The position numbers and the translations under genes were made by a program. A stretch of 64,000 nucleotides of DNA from Ylistrum balloti (taxonomy: Eukaryota). The stretch lies in NCBI RefSeq assembly GCF_031769215.1, contig NW_026782212.1, positions 496,001-560,000 on the forward strand. The letters run 5' to 3'. Positions within the stretch are counted from its first letter, which is position 1. Every line of letters begins with the position of its first letter. Under the pieces are notes generated by a model that saw nothing but the letters and a program-made list of their open reading frames with translations, was not told the origin of the DNA and searched no databases. Below are positions 13,091 through 25,000 of this stretch, in pieces.

Positions 13091-14335
13091 CGAGGGCTGA
13101 TTGATAAATTGGGAGCCTCATATTTAAGGTTTTTGACTTTTGGCGGACACATATTTTTCCAACGTAATCCCCTTCAACATCTATACACTTTTGCCAGCGA
13201 TATTTAAGGGCCTCAATGCCACTTTTAAAATGCATACTTTTCTTGTCTGTTTAGAAATTCCTCCACTGCGTGTATGGGCGTCATCATCTGACGCAAATGG
13301 GTAGTGGGGATGGTTTTTGACAATTTTGGAAATAGACGAAAGTCTGATGGAGAAAGATCAGGCGAATAAAGCGGATGTTCAATCAATTCAAAGCAACAAT
13401 CCATAGTGTCAGCTATGACAATGACAAACATATGAACAGGGGCATTGTCCTGGTGGAGACAGTACACCTTTACTGAGTTTTCCGCGGCGATTGGATTTGT
13501 TATTTGCTTTGACTGTCTCCGAAGTGATGCTTGATATGTTCCGTTGATTGTGTGTCCCTTTTGCAGATAATCTGCGTTCATAATACCATCAGCATCCCAG
13601 AAAACCGAAGCCATAACCTTCACCACTGATGTAACAGTCCTTGCAGTGAACCAGGGTGCTTCCATTGTTTAGACTGTTGTTTGGCCTCTGGGGTGAAATG
13701 ATGGACCCATGTTTCATCCAAAGTTACAATACAAGAATGTTAGGAGGATCTGCCTCTAAAATGTTAAGATTAGCACGCGACAAACTCGAAAGTCTTAGTA
13801 CCCAACGTGCTAAGAGCTTTCTTATTGCAAGATCTTCCGTAAGAATGGAATGTACTCTTTCCTGTAAAATCCCAACTGTACTGGCTATATATATTTCTGT
13901 AACTCACCTGTCGGGCATAGCAATATAACGGACTTTATTGGCTGTTTATGAGGTTGCAACAGTGACAGGCCTTCCAGGACGAGTGTCATTCCAAAGGCTC
14001 TACCTCCCACACTTAAATTACACTACCCACTTTTCACTGTAGCATATGAAAGGGCGTCATTCCCAAGTGTTGCTACCATATCAGTATGGATATCCTTAGG
14101 TACTACACCTTTCTTAAGCAAATATTGAATCACTGCTCTTTCAGTTTTTTTTGTTCATTTTGCAAAAGTCACATACATTGTTTACTTCAGAGTGCTACCT
14201 CTTCAACAACTGACCAAAAAGACACCAGTCTTCAAGTAACCAACCTTAAATAGTCAGGAAATAGTAGAGCTCAATAAAACACCCCAACTTAAAATCGTCA
14301 ATACAAGGCTCACAACTATTATCAATAAGCCCTCA
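13091..14335 (-). mobile_element. Degenerate full-length mariner (Tc1/mariner, D,D34D) element, 1245 bp, frameshifted transposase
   Basis: TA on both sides (13089-13090, 14336-14337). TIRs CGAGGGCTGATTGATAA vs TGAGGGCTTATTGATAA. Minus-strand motifs RAVIQYL..KG..PKDIH, ARWV(L)R, VTLDETW, VMASVFWD, HQDNA and YSPDLSPSD, with exactly 34 residues between D2 and D3, spread over several frames. Confidence 0.95.
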
Positions 14336-15106
14336 TATAATGCGTTATCCCAGGGTTAACGTTATTTGATAACGCATCCTGGAGAAAAATATCCTGCACT
14401 TCTGCACTTCAACTGTACAATATATCTCTGAATGGTTCATATATACTTTATTGCGAAAGAAGCGTCAGATAAGATACCAAACTAAAGTAAATGCTTGGCC
14501 CCTTAGCCTTCCTAATCTACTTCATCGTTGAGAAAAGTGGTTTATTTCTTTGCTTACTCTATGAAAACATTGATTTATAGCTATACATAGTATTGCCTTA
14601 ACTGCTAACGAAATGGTTACTAATAAAATATGAATGTACCTTATTATTTATTCCAAACTAGTTTGTCCGACATGAAATTCTCATTTCAATAAAAGAATAA
14701 ATAGGGGTCTACTAGGCCCATAGAAATATCGAAATAGGTCGCTTTACTTGAAGTATAATTTCACAGAGTCCTATATTCTCTTTTCAGCACTGTTTACGAC
14801 GTCACAATAATTGTTCATCAAAGATGTCCTAATGACGGTTTCTTACTATGATATTCTGTAACAAATAAATTTGCACGTGCTTCAGGAAAGACTAGGGAAA
14901 ATGGGAATTGCTTAACGTGTAATGGCTATGTTCCACTTTTTGATCAAAGGTTATATTTGAACAGTCTTGCGGAATGTTCATCATGTTACATCGATAAAAA
15001 GTGTTAGATGATTTCCTGTAGATATTTGAAAATTAAATCAAACGTTTTGATCTTCTTTTAAACTTCTGAATGAATGCGTCAGAGCATAATATTTAACAGT
15101 GTTTTC

Positions 15107-15247
15107 AGTAATAACGAATACATTTCACGTGGGAAAGTAACATTTTGGTACCTTTTACGGGTGCGTGAAGGGGTAAGTGAGTGATTGAGTGAGCGAGCGA
15201 AGATACGAGAATATTACAAACTTGAGTGAAATACATTTCTTATTACT
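15107..15247. repeat. MITE-like degenerate inverted repeat enclosing a GAGT/GAGC microsatellite
   Basis: Arms AGTAATAACGAATACATTTCAC (15107-15128) and GTGAAATACATTTCTTATTACT (15226-15247) are complementary at 18/22 positions. Confidence 0.45.
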
Positions 15248-18200
15248 AATAACACGATTAAATATGCTAATTAAGTGTTTTTGTCAGGCTATTGGATAGG
15301 TCAATTGGATAAGATGGTCTGCGTTCATCTTTTTCATTGGTATGATGTTAAAATGTTATAAATCAACACAAATCTTGATTCATTCTTATTCATAACGAAA
15401 TACATGGACACTATGTATTAGATGTATTTCTCCCAATTCAAATCCCAGTTATGCACCCTTGACCAGATTTATTTCATGATACAGAAAACACTGTGTATAT
15501 ACCATAAACTATATGAATTGTGTCCATTTTGATATAAGGTTAGATCGTCATGACGCCTTTATGTTTTCGTGTCATTATGTTTCGACAAGACAAGAAATAA
15601 GTATCAGTGGAGACGAAAGTTTATTGTATATTTTGGAATCATACTTATAGTTCAATGTCTAAAACGTATGTACATAAATGCTATATATATAAATGTGTAT
15701 AGAAATGATATGAAATTATAAATATGTAAAATGTACGAATTTCTTAAGTTTGTATGCATTGTGTCAGCAGAACGAATGTTCTAAATAATCATTTTTATAT
15801 CGATTATGTGATATTGTCATAGTATCCAAATGTTGTAAGAAGTGAACACGACTTAAGATAACTCGTGTTTGAAAGAATATCTGGTGTTGCAAAATGCCGT
15901 TTGCAGTCTGCTGGTTTTTGAGCGGCGTTCCCTGAAATTACCACGTAGTACAACAGCGCTTATTTTCTACTGCAAAATCATCATTTGTAAATGAAATTCA
16001 TCTTCGCTGGAAAGATTCATCATATTCCCATATTTTCATGACAGAGCTGATAACTGACACCCAAGCATAAAGTATCATCACGTAATTTTCTATCTTTTGT
16101 TGTCACATTGCTTCCTAATAGGAAGGCGCATGCATGCACTGATGCGTTTTATGGTAAACACAAAGGTAGATTTATGATGAATGTCTAATCCGGGAGCAAA
16201 TATAGATTTGTGATACAAAAAGAAAGATGAAATGAAAGAGAGATGCGTATGTGTTTTAATGATTTACTAGATGTATATATTTATTTGTATTTCATGCGTT
16301 ATATTCATCGAATTTTCACTAATATTCAATGGACTGGCATAAACTCGGTGTTGTCATTCCATACAATAAGAAGTAACGGGACCTCATAATGAAGCTCAGT
16401 TTTTTTTTGTTTTTTTTTTTTCAAAATCAGCATCTTATTAATTACAAATTTCTGTTTAATATATCTATTTCCTTTTACTGTATTCCGTGAAAATGACTTT
16501 TTGCAATGTAAAGAATCATTCTTCCTTTAAAACTCTGTTCTTCATACAAGTCATTTAATAAACTTCTCAACATGAACATCTGTAATGTTTGTAATTAATC
16601 AAAATTAAAGGATATTTGCTGTCGCTTACACTGCAAACTGTCCAGTTATTTTCACACTTAAATCTTACAAAGCATTGATCTAGCAACGAAGTAAGACGTA
16701 ACATTACATCACCGTAGCCGAGTTTAACTAGCTGCCTAAACATGTTTTTTCTTTCTCTTTAAATTGCAAAACTATTGTTTATTTTATTGTATATTTGTTT
16801 ACAAATGTATGAAACAAAACAAACATCACGACAGTTGCTAAGATACAATGGCTGCGCTTCAAAATTGCGTTACCAACGCTGATCTTGATACATACTAATC
16901 TCGTGCCAGTTTGACTAAATGCAGTGTATATCTGATTCTCCAAGTGTCCACGTGTTCTCTAAACTTCCTGGAGCGTCACTGAATCTGTTAAAATATATAG
17001 CTATTGTTTTCAGTACACATAAGTTACTCATGGCGATGTACAGACGGATTTAAATGTACTAAGTTGAATTGCAAAATCTACTCTCAGTGCAATATTGTAA
17101 ATAGATACAACATATGTATTCAATGAAGACATAGATTGTAGCTTAAATGGAAATATCCATACCTAAAAGGTTGTCAAGAGACTATGGAGTACTAGGAAAT
17201 GATATATATCACGGTTTAATACTACTTTGATGGAGCTAGATATTGTTTGTTCCATGAAACAATTACTTGCTACATGTCATTAAAGGGGCCAATGATACCG
17301 GCTTTCTCATGTGTGTTCCCTTTTAGAACAATTACAACAATGAAATCATGAATGTATCACAACAGCAGTATACATTGGTTTATGTAGGATTTTTAATCCA
17401 CGTTCTTTATTTAAAATATGTTGGTTAAATAAGCATTCTTTTTCATAAAAATATATATAAAATATGTGTATATTGATGTTACTAATTATTTCGCAAATGT
17501 GAAAGTAATGTGTTATAATCATTATAATTGTATGACGTGAAAAATTTAAAAGAATCACGCATAAACGTCAAAGGGTATTTCACTCGTTTTGTTCATTTAT
17601 CAATATTATTTGTCTGCCAATTCGATCAACTTCTTCAATTGGAATCCTCTACGCCACAAACAATTTTAATGGATCACACCTACTCTAGAGAAGATTTGAT
17701 TCGATGTCAACTCTCTAACACCTAAACATTAGGCTTACATCACATTGTTGACGTCCACATTGAAGGGGATAAGCGTATTGCTTTAGACAATCGAAATTTT
17801 TAGAAGTGCTTTAGAGGAATAGAAAAATTGAGAAAACCAGCAATGTCACATTTTTATAGCAATCGTAAAAATGCATTCAATGGTTGCGTTTTGGTGTTGA
17901 GAGATATCAAATATGTTTATAACACCCAATTTCGATTTCTAATAACATTTTGTTTCCTATATTTTTATTGTGACTGTGACGAATATGTGTCATTGAAGGC
18001 AAGCATCTGTCGTTTTTTTTTTCTTTTTTTCTTTTTTCATTTCGCATTTATATAGTAATCTTCCAGAGCAAGAAACCAAAGGATCGTCGTGTCTCTCACT
18101 GGTGTTATAATTCGTTTTTGTAGGTTCTTATAAGGCCCAGTGTAGCGACATGTTTATAAACTTCATCAGACATCGGGACGTCAAGTACGGGATGCAGGTA

Positions 18201-20894
18201 GACGTGTTACACTCGGTCAGAACGTTTTATTTTTTCACGTTTTTCATCGAGGGAAATACTTTGCCAATATAGATAAAAACAGAATGATATGAGCGTGCAA
18301 ACGAATTTTGGGTTGTCTCCCTTACAATGTACATACCACAACCATGTCAATCATGTCGAAGTTTTAAAAAGTTGGGAAGGTTCTTCTCCTTATCTAGATA
18401 TAACTGTGTTGTGCTGTTATGTGTGTTTTGTTTATAACTGAGTTGATATTGCTATGTCTTGTGAATAGTCTAACTGTGTTTCCAACTTTTCTGACTTTTC
18501 AACGAAGATTTTTATTTACTGTGTTCCTATGATGAATAAAGTGGATGAAACTGAATGATGAATCCTCATTGTTTTCCATATCACGATTCCTGTGTTAAAC
18601 CCAAGTTAATTTCTCTTAAAAGTCTAAAGAATATTTCAACATATATCATGTCTGCGGTAATAATTATCTTATATTTGTTGTGTTTCCTTCATTTGATACT
18701 GAACATTAAATCATTCGACAAAAGTGCACTGCAGATTCTTGATAAATAAAATTTTCAATTTAACATGAATTTATCTCAACATATAGTATCTGCTGCTATA
18801 TTCAAAAGTCAAGTCTGCTTTTTCGAAGACCCTAAAGACCGCATCATATATTCTTCAGTGCCATGTGACATTCAATGCCAATAACAAATAATTTCATTTT
18901 TTTTTCTCAAAATGTGTAATTTTATCTAAAAACAACGACAAAAGTTTATCTATACCAAACATCTTTTTATTCGTCAATATATACAGGTATCAAACACTAC
19001 CTTTGGCATAATGTTATGACAGTAATGGGATACTTTAATAACAGGACTTGTATGTCTCAACAAATGACAGATATATAAGGATGTGAAACTTACATCTGCA
19101 TACATACCTCGAGCACAACATACCATTTTGATAGTTTAACCTTAACTTCGTGAAAAATCAGGTGAACTCATTTTACATACCAAATAAACATGTCCTAAAT
19201 CTATATGGAGTATTATACCATTCAGGATTCCGGACATACTAACGACGATGGCGATGATGAAGTACAAATGACAACAAGGAAGACGATAATAAAACAACAT
19301 TAAATCACGTGTTTATACGAGTTATTTCCCTCCTCCGTTCTGTCTGTCAAGGAACCATCCCCTTTGGCCAGCATAGACTTATGACTTTCTACTTTATTAT
19401 TTATAAACAATCATAAAGTGCAGTACCAAAAGATTTTTGTACATTTGTCACTGATTAAGTTTCAGGAGAGATAAAAAGTAGCCGATTTGCTTTAATATAG
19501 TGTTTACAGTATCAATACAAGAATACAACAAAATATCTGTTCAGTGTAAGAATTTCGTTCCTTTCCGTGTACAAAAATAAACCTTTCACGCCTCCATGTT
19601 TATATTTACACAAGGTACACGCTTAAACATGCCGTTTGTATATATGTAAGTAACAACTGTATGATGATATTGACGATGACATCAGATCGTTTGTGGTTTT
19701 GATGATAAATGATACCCGCTAATAGTGTTTGACACAAGTTTCCAGATGAAATGAAAATACCCATATAAAAGGCATGCAAGGTAAAAACAGAGAGCACAAC
19801 CATGTCACATGTTGTCATGACAACATTAGAGGAAGGGGAGAAAGGTCCCAAAAAGTGAACGAAATGAAACAAAACTCTGTCTCACTAAACCGTTATTTTC
19901 TGTACTTGAATAAAACCCTTTATATGAAATCACGGTCCATTCTTCTATAAACAGTTTCTTGCTTAATGGACGTGTTTGAAAATCAAACGCAATATTCTTG
20001 GAAATTATACAATACTTCATTGACAAACAGCGAATACAGAGGGGAGGCAGAAATGCATCCTTCTATAACCAATCGAAGTTGATAGTTTAAGTATAGTTTA
20101 GTAATGACAGTGAACACGGTTGACGGAAAGAGCGTTCAAAAAGACAACAGGAATAAGGAAAGTAACATACGATGTTCAATAACGTTACAAATGAGTAATA
20201 ACCTACTATTAGGCTTGTACCATTGAATGTTTTGCATAGGGTGTTACTTCAGTAGGATAGCACTGCTCTACACCAAACCTCTCAAACTACTTTGTTTAGT
20301 AATCGTTGTTATTGATAATATAACTAGGCAATGACACCAAAGAAGATCAGTCATTTTTTGAAATTCAACTGAAGTCTAATCATGGAAATAAGGTACATAA
20401 TGAGTTTTTTAAAACAATAACTTAAATTGTGCATTTTAACCATACAAAAATCTAGTAAACTGACCTCACATTTCTTATTCAGTTAAATTTACAATAAACT
20501 TTTACTTCTAAAAAATTAGATATTTGAATATACTAAAAGAATGGAATTATCTTTGATGTTTATGCCATCAAAATTTGTTACGAATGCGTGTTTGACAATA
20601 GTATCAGTATACAATTATACATCGAAAATTGTAAATGAAGCAAACTAAATGCTAAAACAGGGTAAGACTTTGAACTAAGAAAGCATTTATCATTTATCAT
20701 TATCATTGATTTTGACATAGGATTACAAATCAACAGATCTACAAAGTCTATTATACGCAATGATTGTCTATTTCACAAACACTAAATATTCAACCTTAAA
20801 ACGGGTGTTGAAATTCACCAACTGTTACACCAATCTGTTGGCAGCAGTAAAGATCCAGTATATGGCTGTGTACCCTCAAATAGCTCTATATACA

Positions 20895-20951
20895 TTTATT
20901 TAACATTATATCATAAGGCACGTGGCATATGTATCATCTTTATCATTTATT
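20895..20951 (-). terminator. Candidate polyadenylation signals for gene B (AATAAA at 20946-20951 and 20895-20900)
   Basis: First minus-strand AATAAA hexamers I found downstream of the stop, about 0.94 kb away. Usage is unverified. Confidence 0.3.
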
Positions 20952-21886
20952 GCATTTTAATCTTTTAAACCAACATTATCATAGTTTAACATATTTTGAG
21001 TTACGTAGGTTATATACACAGTCTATGATACTGACAGAATTAAGAACGCCAGTCCCCTGCCATTTTTGTTGATTTGTAACAAATAACGTGCATGCCTTAT
21101 TACATTATTTTGATATTACAGCCACATACATGCCTATCGGACGAGCTTAATACTCCAAACATGAAACATTCATCGTCTATGCACACACTATGCCGAAGGT
21201 TGCTTAACTATTAAAGTTTAAGCAGCTTGTTTCGGTATATCTCTATTCATTGTTATGTTAGTACGGTCTCAAGTTGAAACCGTAACTTATTTACAATGTC
21301 ACGTGGCATATATTACTTTCACTAGAATCTTCAGAAAAGTGAATAAAATAAATATTTCCCATTGTGAGAAATGCATTTTTGTCTCTTCGACCGGCCGGCA
21401 AACTAGTTACCACAGAGCGTGGTGACGACATCATCTGTGTGTTGTGTAAATTGTGTGGGATTATTCCTACACCAGATCGTGTCTGGACGGTTAGTTCTCT
21501 CATACAATTGAACGTGTAGTCCTGCATGCATAACACCGTGGACTACTCCTACACACAAAGAATCATTCCGTTTGATGAGCGGAACCAACTCCTCAGAATA
21601 TAGGTGTCTCAATCTAGGACAGAAATTGAAAGAAACATGCTACTACTATGCATCTAAAAGTTCAAGGTCACGGACTTTTTTGCATGTTGATAACTTATTG
21701 AATATGAAACAATTGAAAAGTTTAGCTTTTCTTTCATCACTTATTCAAAAAGGATTGCATTGATAAGCTAATACGCGAAATATATTTTAAATAAGTTTAA
21801 ACATATAACTCATTGCCCTTGTTGTTGCTTTTAGATGCATAGTAAGTTTTTTTTGTGTGTTTTTCGACCAGTTTGATCGTGATACC

Positions 21887-22072
21887 CTAGGCATATACCT
21901 CTCGACCTCCTATATTATTTTGGCCATAATTATTTCCGCCTGTCAAGGGCATGAATTGGAGACCATTGTCGACAATTTCATGATCTGGTTTCCGTTTGAC
22001 TGCCTTCTTGGAAGACCCCAAGCATCGTATAGCAAATCTAAATTCCTCTGCCATTTCAGAACAAAGAGATTG
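21887..22072 (-). CDS. GRIK2-like: Gene B exon 15 (C-tail, stop): [23 protein letters not shown]...GGREVYA*
   Basis: Acceptor ttattttccag; homologous to the gene A last exon and to the GluK2 juxtamembrane tail. Confidence 0.93.
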   Translation of the reverse strand, partial: QSLCSEMAEEFRFAIRCLGSSKKAVKRKPDHEIVDNGLQFMPLTGGNNYGQNNIGGREVYA

Positions 22073-25000
22073 CTGGAAAATAAAAAACATTAATTATTAA
22101 AATCTGATATCAAAGGCGCGACCCATAACCGATATTAGATTTATTAGCATATTAATAGTCTAAAACAAGTTAGTATAGTTAAATGTGGAAACAACGAAGA
22201 TTGCACACACAAATATATATACATGTATATATACATCATCAGCCACGTGTTTCACTGTTATCAAATGATAAAAAACCAAAGTTATTCCTTTGTCGATTTA
22301 TATACGGCTAGTCAAATATACAATCTTAAATAGAATGTCTTATTAATCTTCAATTAAAAATTAGTATAATGTGTTTTTGCATTATCATCATGTTTTTTGT
22401 TAACCCATTTTCATTATTCCATTGTTTTTAAACTTCAAGCATCAGTTATTAAAACATTATTCTGATGTTATAGGCAGAACCAATATACCTGCAACAATTC
22501 ACAGAACAACAAATTATAAAAAATACTCTAGACTTATGATATAAATGTTATTCAGATGAATCGAAATATACAATACATATCAGTGATTTTCAGTGAATAC
22601 ATTTTGAATGTACACATAGATATATATATCAACATATGCATTGAAACTGATTATTCGTAAGGTCAGAGCAAACGAAGCTGTGCCCGAGTTGCATTGTTAA
22701 AAAACACCATACTTATATCTAAACACCGAGTATAACAATTGTTATATAGATAATATGGTGAAATTAAGTACGTGTATTTGCCTAATTATTTTTTTCGTTA
22801 CGTCAGTTATTGATATAAATAACTTATCTTTCCGTTGCTGCTAACAGAAATATATTTTAAGATTCGTGTCCATGTCTCAGAAGGCATAGATTGACTATAT
22901 TCACAGACAACATTGTATGGGCAGAACTTGTTGAAATATACCTGTACAGCGTCAAAGCTGTGCACCTTTATTAACATGTCTTTACAGTACTTGCGCGTGC
23001 TATACCCGCACTGGATTATGGAATACTAACAAACAGAGCTTATTCGCGATATATTTACATTTTGTAACTAATAACTAACAAATACCGACTGACAAAGGAA
23101 ATTACCCAACATTTGATTTTATCGGATTTCAAGTGTTAAAGCCAAAATTAAATTTTGCTCAAAAAGAATGTTTGCTGACATCCGTTACAAAAACAGCAAT
23201 TTGTTCAAAACATTAGCACCGCTTTCCATGACAACAAAGACAGCAAACATATGAAATGCAACGTTGTACAAGTAAATAAGTAACACGTGACCATACACAC
23301 ATTTTACAATAACAGTCAGGTGACCTATATTTATTGATGCGAGTTTAAAGCTTTGTTATTCTTTGAATAGAGGATTCTGAAAGCTTTTAAACGCATCCAA
23401 ATACAATGTTGCTTGCTCGGCATCCAGTGAATAAAAAAGCCGAGAACAGAAGAGTATGTAAGATAGTGCGCAATTAAGAAGCATATAGTAAATTCGAATC
23501 TTTTTAAAACCCGGCAAAAGGCTAACGCGGTAACAGTACAAACTATCAGAATAGATTATCTAATATCTACCACACGGATACCTTGTCTTACCAGGAATGA
23601 GGATTGACCGCATTTAGATATAATAAAGTACCAGGGCAAGAATGTAAAAGAAATAGACTATGTAAAGATCAGTTGAATCATCCTAACTCCACGATACCTG
23701 AAAGCGACTTGATCTACAAATAAGATAAGCAACAGAAAAAAAAACACTTAAAATTCTTTTTGTTTGTATCTGAAAGTCGATAGTAGGGTTCAATGTCTGT
23801 ACCATATATAGTAACCATATCCAATATTAAATCTTCTGGATATATACAGCCTTGCAATTATAAACAATGTTTACGCATTTCAATGCCAAGGATAACTTTT
23901 AATTCAATAAATGAGGAAAAGAATAAATCCAATTTAAATATGCCGAATGTTTCCTTAGAGAACAGAAACTTAAGGTGTCTATCAATATGATAACCCATGA
24001 CAACTATATTGAAAGACTTGGAAATCTTGCTGGAATTAGATATATACTTATCACTTTCAGTTCCATGGTTATCTCCGATTTGATTTAACTTTCTATTGTT
24101 TTTGATAATATTAAAATATGATAATAAAAGAAGACAAGGATAACAAAAAAAGTCTTTCCTCCTGATAAAGTAATGTCTCCAAACATCAGACAATGACCGT
24201 ACATCAATTACCTGAGGAGGTTACTAGAATGAATACATTTGAAAGATTTATATTGATCAGCGAGCAAATCACTACAAATTTGCATTATTACACATATTCT
24301 TTTAAGGCATAGCTATATTTTAGAAATATTTTAAAAGAATGAAAATTAATGCTAACGATGACCTTGCTTGGGTTCCATTTCAAACTCTTTACCGGTACAT
24401 AAGATAGACACCTCGTCTCTCACAATGATTTCCACAGTAATCAATTTTTCTGTGATCATCAGATAATTTCATTTTTGTTATTTAGATAATGCAAAACAGG
24501 CTGTACCAACGTATTTTTTCCAGTTAAGTGTTATTATTGTGCGTTTAAATTCTAACAGTATCCTTGGCTTTGAAATGTAAGGCATGTTATACAATGTGTT
24601 TTGCTAGTATCATCTACATCCAACACCGGGCTACTTACTGCTAGTCTGTTGTTCCGCTGGAAAAACATGCACGAAACGTTATTGAAGCATATGCCAAACG
24701 AGGTGGTACAAAAGTACGAAACTAACACTATGAGAAATTGACACATGAAAAAAAGAAGGATGTGGAAAAAGGGAAATTCTACGACATCACCGAGCATTCT
24801 AACACAGTACGTGCTCAACAAGGACAAAACAACGACTATGTATGTTGCCATACAAATTGAAGATTTCGGAAGAGATACGATACTCAAAAGGAAATACATA
24901 AACGTGCATATTAGTCAAGTAGACAATGATTTATAAAAACAGTAGTTAATTGAATAATACTTTATACAAGATGAAATATTGAGAATATGTTAGACAATAG

